In this document: piece by piece, positions 19,247-28,634 of the stretch
Layout of the letters: each line of letters begins with the position of its first letter
Numbering within the stretch: position 1 is the first letter of the stretch
NCBI GenBank assembly: GCA_041302975.1
Contig: JBFYQC010000262.1
Span: 1 to 48,371 of the forward strand
Direction of reading: 5' to 3'
Source: Bacteroidota bacterium
Lineage (GTDB): Bacteria > Bacteroidota > Bacteroidia > UKL13-3
Length of the DNA stretch: 48,371 nt
Notes under the pieces: model-generated
Told to the model about the DNA's origin: nothing
Seen by the model: the letters and a program-made list of their open reading frames with translations, nothing else
Databases searched by the model: none
Position numbers and translations under genes: made by a program

Positions 19247-21133
19247 CTACGTCACCAAACTGCCATACTCAAATTGCATATCGTTAAGTTTACGGTAAAG
19301 GCCATTGTTTGCCATTAACTGCTCGTGTGAGCCTTGTTCGGCTACAGTACCTTTATCTATCACCACAATTTTATGTGCATTGCGTATGGTGCTTAATCGG
19401 TGCGCAATTACAAAACTAGTTCGGTTCTTCATCAAATTATCCAATGCTTCTTGCACCAATTGTTCGCTTTCACTATCCAATGATGAAGTGGCTTCATCCA
19501 ATATTAAAATAGCCGGGTCTTTTAAAATCGCACGCGCAATGGCTATACGTTGACGTTGGCCACCACTTAATTTTATGCCACGCTCTCCTACTATGGTTTC
19601 ATATCCGTCCGGAAACTTACTAATAAAGTCGTGGGCATTGGCTTTACGGGCAGCATCAGCAATTTCTTCGGCAGTAGCACCTAATTTACCGTAAGCAATA
19701 TTTTCGGCAATGGAACCTCCAAACAATATTACATCCTGAGGAACAAAAGCCATTTGTTTACGCAATTGCGTTAACGGAAAAGTGGTTGAATTTTTATCAT
19801 CAAACAAAATACTACCTAATGTTGGTTCGTAAAACTTTAACAACAAACTTGCAATGGTACTTTTACCAGCGCCACTTGGGCCTACTAAAGCTATTTGCTC
19901 TCCATTGTTAGCCATAAGGGTAATGTCTTTTAACACACTCACATCATTACGACTTGGGTAACTAAATGCCACTTGTTTAAAGGTAACATTACCTTTTAAC
20001 ACATATTGCGACTCAATAGCAACTTGAGTAAGTTCAACAGGTTCTCCCTTTGTACGTAATATTTCACGAACACTTTGTGTGGCACCTAATGTTTTTTGTA
20101 GTTGACTAAACATATCGGCAAAACCGGCAAATGTGCCACCTACAAACATGCTAAATATAACAAACATGGTTAACGAACCCATAGTGAGCTCTCCTGTTTG
20201 AATCATGTTTGCACCATACCACATTACAAATGCAATGGCTCCAAAAACACTAAAAATCATAAACGAAATAAATGCCCCACGGTAACGTGCGTTGGCTATT
20301 GCCGTATCAACTACCGCATACACACTTTTTACATAACGTGAAATTTCGTACACTTCACTGGTAAATGCTTTTACAATACTTATACCTTGAAAAGTTTCTT
20401 GCACAATAGTTCCGCTTTCGGCCAGCTGATCTTGTGCCTTGCGGGCCATTTTGCGGATGCGCATACCAAATACCACTGCCAACACAGCAATTACCGGAAC
20501 CACAGCCAACATCACTAAAGCCAGTTTGGTACTGATCCAGAATATAAATCCTAAGCCAATTACCAGAGTAAATACGCCACGTAAAAACTCGGCAAGCGTA
20601 AACGAAATAGCATCTTGTATTTGCGATAAATCTGAGGAAATTCTATTACTTAACTCGCCAACACGTTTCTCCGTAAAATAACTCATGGGCATGCTTAGTA
20701 GTTTACTATATACATCTTTGCGCATATCGGCCAACGACTTCTCTCCTACTTCAGTTAATAAATACACCCGCATAAAAGAAAATATGGTTTGAAAACCCAG
20801 CTGCACAAAAATTAAAATCAGGGTGAAATTTAACGTCCACTTTATTTCTTTTAAACCTAATTCTTCAATCATACTTGGTGCATCACCCATCATACCGACT
20901 GAGCCTCCTGGCGAAGCTGCATCAATCATTTTACCCAAAAAAAATGGAAACAAACTGGTGGTAAAAGCAGATAGCGCAATAAACACCATACTTAAAATAA
21001 ATTTAGTACGGTATGGTTTTAGGTAAGTAAACAACACCAAAGCTTGCTTTAAACTCTCTTTGGATATTTTCACCTTTTCTCCCTCGTCTTTTTGTTTTCC
21101 GTTGCTATTAAAATTACCTCTTCCGCGTGCCAT
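19247..21133 (-). CDS. ABC exporter, fused permease/ATPase (MsbA-like)
   Basis: Six-TM N-terminal half. GPSGAGKST, LSGGQRQRIAIARA and ILILDEATSSLD. Length is 628 aa. Confidence 0.9.
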   Translation of the reverse strand: MARGRGNFNSNGKQKDEGEKVKISKESLKQALVLFTYLKPYRTKFILSMVFIALSAFTTSLFPFFLGKMIDAASPGGSVGMMGDAPSMIEELGLKEIKWTLNFTLILIFVQLGFQTIFSFMRVYLLTEVGEKSLADMRKDVYSKLLSMPMSYFTEKRVGELSNRISSDLSQIQDAISFTLAEFLRGVFTLVIGLGFIFWISTKLALVMLAVVPVIAVLAVVFGMRIRKMARKAQDQLAESGTIVQETFQGISIVKAFTSEVYEISRYVKSVYAVVDTAIANARYRGAFISFMIFSVFGAIAFVMWYGANMIQTGELTMGSLTMFVIFSMFVGGTFAGFADMFSQLQKTLGATQSVREILRTKGEPVELTQVAIESQYVLKGNVTFKQVAFSYPSRNDVSVLKDITLMANNGEQIALVGPSGAGKSTIASLLLKFYEPTLGSILFDDKNSTTFPLTQLRKQMAFVPQDVILFGGSIAENIAYGKLGATAEEIADAARKANAHDFISKFPDGYETIVGERGIKLSGGQRQRIAIARAILKDPAILILDEATSSLDSESEQLVQEALDNLMKNRTSFVIAHRLSTIRNAHKIVVIDKGTVAEQGSHEQLMANNGLYRKLNDMQFEYGSLVT

Positions 21134-21945
21134 GTATAATTTTTCTTAAATTAAAGTGTCGCAAAAAAACAGCATTATACCCACACACAAAAACTTAATT
21201 TTAAAAAGTAGGTAAAAGATGTGATAAGGAGGATTAGTTGATTAGATAATTGGCATTGTGGATTGTAGTTTTAGTATTACTACATAAGGGTTAATGGTTA
21301 AATCAACTACCAATAGCCAAGCGCAAATTGATTTAATTGCTTTTATACTGCTATCCCATTACTTTAGATAAGTAATTTTTTTTTGAATCAAATAATGTCA
21401 CATCGCTACTTATAATTAAGCCTAATTTTTACATGTACTAAGTTTTTCCTCAGCAAGCTTTTAGGCGCGGCAATATGATTAAGATGGTTATTACATTTTT
21501 CGGTGCATTCACACATATCTATATGTCAATCTAAAATTGCTAACCTAAACATGTAGTTGATGAATGAAGCTGATAACCCAATATTAGTTAATGTAACCTA
21601 CAGAAGACAACCAATGAATATAGAGTAGTAATACCTTTAATTAAGCAATAAACTTATTGCGCTGATGTTGGTAAACCATATAATGCAAACACCTGCGTTT
21701 ACAACAAAAAGAGTGGATTTGTAAAGAAAAAAAGTACTCAAAGCCAACCTTGCATAAAAACTGAAATGGATGATAAAAAAGAAGTGCTCGTTTAGTAGAG
21801 GGATTAAATGGGAAGGTAATCGTACTTATGAAGTAATTTTAATCGTCTGGATTTTAAACATATTATGACCTGTTGATACTGCCCTTTAAGCCACACAAAC
21901 CGAACAATTTTAATTAACTTGCATTTACTATTTAAATCTAATTTC

Positions 21946-22437
21946 ATGAAAGCATATTCTATCTTACTTGTATTAGCGGTATTTAACATGCCTAATTTAT
22001 TGGCGCAAGAAGTACAATTTCTTCAAATAAAAAAGAATAACGGTCGAACGGTGAGAACCCTAAAAATGCCCTTAAAAGTTAGAATCAGAAAAACGAATTT
22101 TGAAATAGTTAAATTTAAACTCGACTCTATCAAAAATGGCATTTGGTATGGAGAAAGAGGCAGATATCGCATTGCCATTACTGATATAAACGCGGTAAAT
22201 ATACCAGGAATAAAAGAAACCATTAAGTACTCTGCCTCCACTTTAAGCGCTATGCTTGCGCTAGGTGGCTTTTTTCTTATGACTCATGCCTATGGCAATT
22301 CTAGTTATGAAACCCCAACTGGAACGTCCCTTATGGGTGCAGGATATATGATTATTTTCACACCCATAAGTATACTAATATACAACTACCCAAGAACAAG
22401 ATACAAAACAGTTCGATTCGAATTCATAATGAAATAA
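21946..22437 (+). CDS. Hypothetical exported/membrane protein. The preferred start is the ATG at 21946; the ORF track extends to a TTG at 21919.
   Basis: Signal-like MKAYSILLVLAVFNMPNLLAQ and two C-terminal hydrophobic helices. No family was recognised. Confidence 0.5.
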   Translation: MKAYSILLVLAVFNMPNLLAQEVQFLQIKKNNGRTVRTLKMPLKVRIRKTNFEIVKFKLDSIKNGIWYGERGRYRIAITDINAVNIPGIKETIKYSASTLSAMLALGGFFLMTHAYGNSSYETPTGTSLMGAGYMIIFTPISILIYNYPRTRYKTVRFEFIMK

Positions 22438-22439
22438 AT

Positions 22440-23651
22440 CTACTCCACATAATCCGACAAGTATAAATACTTTTCTGTTAGTTTGCCTTGCTTAGCAATT
22501 GTTGCATTTTTAATAATACCTTCGGTATCTTCTAACAATAAAAACGGGAGTACGTTACGCAGCAGTTGGTCGCCAAACTCTTTGGATGCATCAACTGGCA
22601 ACTCGCAAGGTAAATTACCCACAGCTTGCACATCAATACTTTCTTTCTTGAAGGGTACAACCTCGATATTTAAAAACGGGCTGTAACCAAAATAAGGATC
22701 TTCAATGGTTGTACTTTTAATAGTACTTGGCACTGGGCCGGGCACATCGCAACTAATGTCGGAAATTACTTTGATGTTGAAGTCATTTCCTTTCATCTCT
22801 TCGCGAGTAAAAAAGGGCTCAATACCTGCATGCCAGAAAACTGCATTTATAAATATATCGGCTTTTTTATAGTAGGGAGCAAACTTGCTACGGTAATCTT
22901 CGGGGTGTTTGTAAAAATCAGATTTATCCCATTCACGTCCGTCTTTTCGTTCGTAATAATCATCACTGCGCAATTGCACATACACCGGATGGTCGTATTC
23001 GTTTTCTAAAAACTCCTCAGGTGTAACATGGTGTATTTTTAATTTTTTCATTACCTCAATTACTCCATGGGCAACCCGGCCATCACCACATAAAACAATT
23101 TTCATGGCAGGTAAAGAAAGCTCAGCATATTGGGAATACATTTCATTCATGTCTGCACACTTATTGGCAGGTTTTAAATAATAAGTGCTCTGTTTTTTAC
23201 CCCACATTAAAAAAGCGTAATGCGCCCCAACAATACCTGCAAACCGTCCAAAACCTATGATACGGTTACCACCTTCCCACACCAAAGTTTCGTAATCTAC
23301 CATTGTAATATTTCTCTTTAAAATAGTACGCAGTAACTTACGGTTATAGGTTTGTTTTTTTATGGTATGCGAAAAGAACAAATATGTTTTATCGGCAATT
23401 AAACTTTCTATAGGTACTTCTTTTACACCCAACAAAATGTCTGCAACGCTGATGTCATTTACCACTTCTATTCCTGCATCTCGGTAAGCTTCATCGCTAA
23501 AACAACGGTGTGGTGAAGATTGAACTATAACCTTCACATCAGAAAATTTCTGCATCACTTCAACGCATTGTTCGGGCGTAAGTGGCGTTCTTAAATCGGG
23601 TGGCGTTTTACCCTCGTTAATTATACCAATAGTTTTCATATAACGTGGCAA
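22440..23651 (-). CDS. Saccharopine dehydrogenase (L-lysine-forming)/alanine dehydrogenase-like NAD enzyme. An alternative start, MKTIGII, is at 23639.
   Basis: AlaDH/PNT-like N-terminus IGIINEGKTPPDLRTPLTPEQ...DILLGVKEVP. Lys1-like ADIFINAVFW, ISDISCD and NLPCELPVDASKEF. Confidence 0.7.
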   Translation of the reverse strand: MPRYMKTIGIINEGKTPPDLRTPLTPEQCVEVMQKFSDVKVIVQSSPHRCFSDEAYRDAGIEVVNDISVADILLGVKEVPIESLIADKTYLFFSHTIKKQTYNRKLLRTILKRNITMVDYETLVWEGGNRIIGFGRFAGIVGAHYAFLMWGKKQSTYYLKPANKCADMNEMYSQYAELSLPAMKIVLCGDGRVAHGVIEVMKKLKIHHVTPEEFLENEYDHPVYVQLRSDDYYERKDGREWDKSDFYKHPEDYRSKFAPYYKKADIFINAVFWHAGIEPFFTREEMKGNDFNIKVISDISCDVPGPVPSTIKSTTIEDPYFGYSPFLNIEVVPFKKESIDVQAVGNLPCELPVDASKEFGDQLLRNVLPFLLLEDTEGIIKNATIAKQGKLTEKYLYLSDYVE

Positions 23652-23680
23652 AGCTAAGCATTAGCAATAAGTTTGGTAAA

Positions 23681-25801
23681 CTAATCTTCAATTTGTTTGG
23701 TAGCTTTTACGATTTGCCTGATAACATCATCTGTTTCTTGTACAGATTTTCCCATTAAAATCAATATCTCTCTAATACGGGGTTCATCAATATGATCATT
23801 GTTAAATTCGTTTGTCATTAAACTCCAAAGTCCCATCATATTTGCAATTGGCCTGCGCAGGGTATGCGATTGCGCAAACGCGATATCCTTGAGCTTCTTA
23901 TTTTGCATTTCAATTTTTAACTCTGTACGTTTACGGTTTTCAATATCTTTTCCATTTAACGCAACACCCATCAATTCGCCTAGGTTATCGTACACCGGAA
24001 AAAATTCTATTTCAAACCAAAAGGAGACACCTTCAAATTGCAATTCTGTTTCAACTTTAGACCTAATGCCTGAGATTGCACGATTAATATGATACTCCAA
24101 ATCACGTCTCATTCTATCAAGCGGATAGTCCCAAACCGATTCGCCCAAACCAATAGTACGCCCAAATAACATTTTTATATTGTGTGCTGCTACCCTATTA
24201 TATGATAATACACAACAACTTTTATCTAATAGTACATTCATCTCTGGAGTACTATCTAGAATAGCTCTTAATTTATTTTCAGATTTACGTAAAGCATCCT
24301 GCATGTACATTAATTCAGTAATATCTGATTGCACAGCAATAAATCCGTTAATTTTACCCTGCATATCGGTAAGTGGTTGTATGTCCATATCAACCCAAAA
24401 CTCATTTCCTCTTTTACCTTTATTTAATAATTCCACTCTAATGGGTTTAGCTTTCAAAAAAGCATCACGCATATCATTAATGGTTTGTTGGTTTGTTTTT
24501 TCAAACTGCAACAATTCACCAGGTCCTTTACCTATAGCTTCATCACTGGTGTATCCAGTTATTTTAGTGAAACCAGGATTTACCCATATTATTTTCCTGT
24601 CGGCATTAGTTATAATAACTGCATTTGAAGTTTTTCGTGCAACAAAAGAAAGTGTAGTTAACTTTTCCTCTATTAATTTCCTGTCGGTTATATCAACCAT
24701 AACATTCATTGCACCTAAAAGCTTTTTGTTACAATTGTGGTAAGGTGTTGCAAACGCAATGAAATTCACATAGGTTCCATCTTCACGTTCAAGCATTGCC
24801 TCTTCCCCGTAAATAGATTTATTTTGCTTAAGCGCCTTAGCCATAGGGCAATCTTCATGAAGAATATGCTCACCAGACATATTAAATAATTTAGTTGAAC
24901 CGCACCACCTCTCTTTCCCAATAATTGGGCTTCGCCCCCACAATTCTGCCGCACTCTCATTATAGTCTGTAATATACCCTTCTGCATCTGTTAAGTAAAC
25001 TGCTACTGGTAAACCCGTTAATACAAAACGTAATTTTCTTTCGCTTTCAATTATGGCTAATTCCGTTTCCTTTTCATGGGTAATATCTTGAAAAGCTCCA
25101 ATTAAACGAACAATACTTCCTTTTACAAAAATGGCCTTACCTTGAACATGAACCCACTTTGTATTTCCTTTTGCTGTGATAATGCGCAATTCCAAATCGA
25201 ACGGAATGGCTTTGTAGTACAAATTTGAGAATGCCTCTTGAATAGTTAACTTATCATCGGGGTGATAAAAATCTAATGCTGTATGTAGATTAGGTGTGTA
25301 GGTTTCGTCTACTTCATGAATTATGTATACTTCTTTTGTCCATGTATTTTTCTTTAAAATCAAATCATAATCCCAACCACCAACTTTTGCCATAGCATTA
25401 GTTTCATTCAGCAAATGAAGTGTTCGGGTATATTGGTCTTCAATGTTTTTATGGACAGAAATATCAATAGCTATAGCGGAGAATCCAACAAATACACCAT
25501 CAACTATGATAGGTTCAGCTTTATTCAATATGTTGTAATAAGTACCATTAAAATTTAACAACCTAAATTCAAAATTAAAGGCTTCTTTGATGATAACTGC
25601 ATGACTTAAAACTTCAATAAATTTAGGTAGGTCGTCTAAGTGAATTCCTTCGCACCAACCTCCTTGCACCTCATAGTTTAATGATGTTCCTCGATAAAAC
25701 AACCATTGCGCATTAAAATAATTCATGCTTCCTGCGGCATCACACATCCATACTTTTATTGGTAAAGAATCGAGTACATTATATTTTCCGCTTATTTGCA
25801 T
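23681..25801 (-). CDS. Multi-PAS (about 5 PAS/PAC modules) sensor protein ending in a DHp/H-box-like helix, with no HATPase_c domain
   Basis: PAS-like segments are spaced about every 120 aa. The C-terminus is KDIAFAQSHTLRRPIANMMGLWSLM followed by only about 50 aa. No N, G1, F or G2 ATP-binding boxes were found. Confidence 0.8.
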   Translation of the reverse strand: MQISGKYNVLDSLPIKVWMCDAAGSMNYFNAQWLFYRGTSLNYEVQGGWCEGIHLDDLPKFIEVLSHAVIIKEAFNFEFRLLNFNGTYYNILNKAEPIIVDGVFVGFSAIAIDISVHKNIEDQYTRTLHLLNETNAMAKVGGWDYDLILKKNTWTKEVYIIHEVDETYTPNLHTALDFYHPDDKLTIQEAFSNLYYKAIPFDLELRIITAKGNTKWVHVQGKAIFVKGSIVRLIGAFQDITHEKETELAIIESERKLRFVLTGLPVAVYLTDAEGYITDYNESAAELWGRSPIIGKERWCGSTKLFNMSGEHILHEDCPMAKALKQNKSIYGEEAMLEREDGTYVNFIAFATPYHNCNKKLLGAMNVMVDITDRKLIEEKLTTLSFVARKTSNAVIITNADRKIIWVNPGFTKITGYTSDEAIGKGPGELLQFEKTNQQTINDMRDAFLKAKPIRVELLNKGKRGNEFWVDMDIQPLTDMQGKINGFIAVQSDITELMYMQDALRKSENKLRAILDSTPEMNVLLDKSCCVLSYNRVAAHNIKMLFGRTIGLGESVWDYPLDRMRRDLEYHINRAISGIRSKVETELQFEGVSFWFEIEFFPVYDNLGELMGVALNGKDIENRKRTELKIEMQNKKLKDIAFAQSHTLRRPIANMMGLWSLMTNEFNNDHIDEPRIREILILMGKSVQETDDVIRQIVKATKQIED

Positions 25802-26038
25802 GTTATGTATAACTTGTATTTCTTTTGTTTAAAAATCAATGATTTAGTTAAGAGAAAACGCTGTTTGTCTGACATTAAACAACAAGCAATATTATATTTT
25901 AACGGTTGATAAAACAATATTAATTAGCAAATTTTCTAAACAGACTAACATTTTACAAATAGACTATGTGGGTTATAACTATTAAAATTAAGTTAAACTC
26001 AGCACTAAAACAGTTGCATACATAATGCGATAAAACCC

Positions 26039-26046
26039 TATTTTCG
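26039..26046 (+). promoter_or_regulatory. Candidate -7 box variant TATTTTCG(CG) only 7 nt before the tyrS ATG (would imply a near-leaderless mRNA)
   Basis: The string ctattttcgcggggctATG was read directly. Confidence 0.3.
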
Positions 26047-26053
26047 CGGGGCT

Positions 26054-27346
26054 ATGAGTATTACAAACTTTGCTGAAGAAATGCGCTGGAGAGGTATGTT
26101 ACATGATGTTATGCCTGGAACAGAAGAATTATTGAATAAAGAAATGGTGAGTGGCTATATTGGGTTTGATCCTACCGCTGACTCACTACATGTGGGGCAT
26201 TTAATGCAAGTAATGACCCTAATACACTTTCAACGTGCGGGACATAAACCATATGCCTTAGTAGGTGGCGCTACTGGCATGGTAGGAGACCCAAGCGGAA
26301 AAAGTGCTGAGCGTAATTTATTGAACGAGGAAACTTTAAACCATAATGTAGCATGCATACATACGCAGCTCGAAAAGTTTTTGAATTTTAACAGCGGTGC
26401 AAACAGTGCCGTTATGGTGAATAATTACGATTGGTTTAAAGACTTTAATTTTTTGGCTTTTATACGTGATGTAGGTAAACACATTACCGTAAACTACATG
26501 ATGGCAAAAGATAGTGTTAAAAGACGTTTAGAGGGTGATAACGGGCTTTCTTTTACCGAGTTTACTTACCAATTGGTGCAGGGCTACGATTTTTATTACT
26601 TATGGAAAAACCACGGTATTAAAATACAAATGGGTGGCAGCGACCAGTGGGGAAATATTGTAACGGGCACCGAACTAATTCGCAGGAAAGACAGTGGAGA
26701 GGCTTTTGCATTAACTACACAACTAATCAAAAAATCTGATGGAACTAAGTTTGGTAAAACAGAAAGTGGCGCGGTTTGGTTAGATCCTAAAAAAACATCG
26801 CCTTACAAATTTTATCAATTTTGGTTAAATGCCAGCGATGATGACGCTAAAAACTGGATAAGAATTTTCACCTTATTGTCGCAACAAGAAATTGAAGCTA
26901 TTGAGGTTGAACATGCTGCTGCACCACATTCACGTGCTTTACAAAAAGCATTAGCAAAAGATATTACCACACGTGTGCATGGTGAGGTTGAATACAACAA
27001 TGCCGTTGAAGCCAGTAATATATTGTTTGGCAATGCTACTGCAGAAGCTTTTGCACAATTAAGTGAAGAAACTTTCTTGGATATTTTTGATGGTGTACCA
27101 CAATTTAACATAAGTAAAACCGAGTTGGAAACAGGTATATCACCAATTGATTTTTTAGCCGAGAAAACACAAGTGTTTCCTTCAAAAAGCGAGGCTAAAA
27201 AAATGTTACAAGGTGGTGGTGTAAGCATTAACAAGCAAAAATTGGAAAACATGGAAGCACCAATAAATACATCTTATTTGATTAATGGTAAATACATGAT
27301 TGTACAAAAAGGAAAGAAAAACTACTTCCTAATTATTGCACAATAA
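26054..27346 (+). CDS. tyrS: Tyrosine--tRNA ligase
   Basis: HIGH motif in [13 protein letters not shown] variant KFGKT, and a C-terminal S4-like domain. Length is 430 aa. Confidence 0.95.
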   Translation: MSITNFAEEMRWRGMLHDVMPGTEELLNKEMVSGYIGFDPTADSLHVGHLMQVMTLIHFQRAGHKPYALVGGATGMVGDPSGKSAERNLLNEETLNHNVACIHTQLEKFLNFNSGANSAVMVNNYDWFKDFNFLAFIRDVGKHITVNYMMAKDSVKRRLEGDNGLSFTEFTYQLVQGYDFYYLWKNHGIKIQMGGSDQWGNIVTGTELIRRKDSGEAFALTTQLIKKSDGTKFGKTESGAVWLDPKKTSPYKFYQFWLNASDDDAKNWIRIFTLLSQQEIEAIEVEHAAAPHSRALQKALAKDITTRVHGEVEYNNAVEASNILFGNATAEAFAQLSEETFLDIFDGVPQFNISKTELETGISPIDFLAEKTQVFPSKSEAKKMLQGGGVSINKQKLENMEAPINTSYLINGKYMIVQKGKKNYFLIIAQ

Positions 27347-27363
27347 CACGAATTGAACAACAA

Positions 27364-27404
27364 AAAATGCTCTGGTGGTATCAACTGCCATAGCATTTTT
27401 TTTT
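27364..27404 (+). terminator. Rho-independent terminator after tyrS
   Basis: AAAATGCTCTGG...CCATAGCATTTTTTTTT. The stem has one mismatch and is followed by a T9 run. Confidence 0.75.
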
Positions 27405-27568
27405 AAGAACTGAGGCGATGGAAATACAATACGTATTAGTTTATTCAAGTGCATTTGTGACGTAAACCAATACAAAGTGATTATTAGTTTGCTTTGTCAA
27501 TCTCACACAACCCTATATAAGAATTTAGAACTACTAAATATACTTGGTATCAAATTTAATTTCTTGTT

Positions 27569-27598
27569 TTTCGAAACGCAGTTCAGCGTAGCTAATTT
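27569..27598. repeat. Second copy of the 30-nt intergenic sequence (29/30 identical to 14787-14816)
   Basis: tttcgaaacgcagttcagcgtagctaattt compared with tttcgaaacgcagttcaacgtagctaattt. Confidence 0.75.
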
Positions 27599-27607
27599 TG
27601 AATTTCT

Positions 27608-28519
27608 TCATTTCATCTTACTCCTCTTTGCCAAAAATGGCAATAAAATTTGGGCAAAATCATTACCTACATTGGCTTCAATAAACTCAATTTTATATTG
27701 TGCACACTTTAGCTTAAGCTGTTTCTGATGATTGTTTAAGGCTGCCAAATATTGTTCTTTTACCTGTGCAGGAAATAACTTCATTTGTTCTCCTGTTTCA
27801 CTATCAATAAACAAATAAGGTCTATTTACAAAATCAAACTCGTGTTCGGTTTTATTATCTAATACATGAAATAAAACCACTTCATGTTTGTTGTATTTTA
27901 AATGTTGTAATGCCGCAAATAATTCTTCGTTTTGGGCTACATCTCCAAACATATCACTAAATACCATAACCAAACTTCTGCGGTGTAAACGCTCAGCTAA
28001 GTGATGTAAGCTTTGCGCAATATTGGATTTTGTTGGTTTAACTTCAGGTTTTAAAAGTTTCTCCATTTTAGCATACAACATGCGCACATGGGTTTGAGAA
28101 ACTTTACACTCACTGTGGTAATACAAATCTTCATCAAACAAGGACAGTCCGCTTGCATCGCGCTGTTTACGTAATAATTGCATTAATGATGCTGCGGCAA
28201 ATACACTAAAGCGCATTTTATTTAACCCATCGGCTGGGTAAAACATACTGCCAGAAGTATCAATAACCAACTGACAACGCAAATTGGTTTCTTCCTCATA
28301 ACGCTTAACAAACAACTTATCGGTTCGTCCATATAACTTCCAATCAATATGCTTAGTACTTTCTCCAGTATTGTATAACCTATGTTCGGCAAACTCAACC
28401 GAAAAACCATGAAACGGACTTTTATGTAAACCTGTTATAAAACCTTCAACCACTTGCGTGGCCAACAGTTCCAAATTATTGGTATTTAAAAGTGTTTCGG
28501 GTGATAACATTTGCTGCAT
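27608..28519 (-). CDS. DUF58 (vWA-like, MoxR-associated family) protein
   Basis: GLHKSPFHGFSVEFAEHRLYNTGESTKHIDWKLYGRTDKLFVKRYEEETN is the characteristic DUF58 core. Length is 303 aa. Confidence 0.85.
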   Translation of the reverse strand: MQQMLSPETLLNTNNLELLATQVVEGFITGLHKSPFHGFSVEFAEHRLYNTGESTKHIDWKLYGRTDKLFVKRYEEETNLRCQLVIDTSGSMFYPADGLNKMRFSVFAAASLMQLLRKQRDASGLSLFDEDLYYHSECKVSQTHVRMLYAKMEKLLKPEVKPTKSNIAQSLHHLAERLHRRSLVMVFSDMFGDVAQNEELFAALQHLKYNKHEVVLFHVLDNKTEHEFDFVNRPYLFIDSETGEQMKLFPAQVKEQYLAALNNHQKQLKLKCAQYKIEFIEANVGNDFAQILLPFLAKRSKMK

Positions 28520-28634
28520 AACTACTAATTACAACGCAAAATAAGACAAAGAAGTGAATTTATGCTTAATTAATACATTGGTAACACAGGGTTAATATGT
28601 AGCTAACAATTTCGCATGATTAATAATCAAAAAT

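Noticed and set aside
21134-21945. Possible oriC in the 812-bp AT-rich gap
   Set aside because: Only 6-7 of 9 DnaA-box-like words are scattered through it, with no cluster and no palindrome. The 2404-2782 region is a much better candidate.
21804-21989. 61-aa minus-strand ORF
   Set aside because: It overlaps the start of the plus-strand hypothetical gene and the AT-rich spacer, and has no supporting features.
24180-24743. 187-aa plus-strand ORF (also 23799-24092, 26815-27252, 37629-38045, 5116-5475, 28895-29173 and similar)
   Set aside because: Each lies fully inside, and antisense to, a well-supported gene (the PAS sensor, tyrS, scoB, aroB and the acyltransferase), so they are shadow ORFs.
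24430-24800. Fourth PAS module as a LOV blue-light sensor
   Set aside because: The position equivalent to the LOV GxNCRFLQ cysteine reads GKGPGELLQF. There is no flavin-adduct cysteine.
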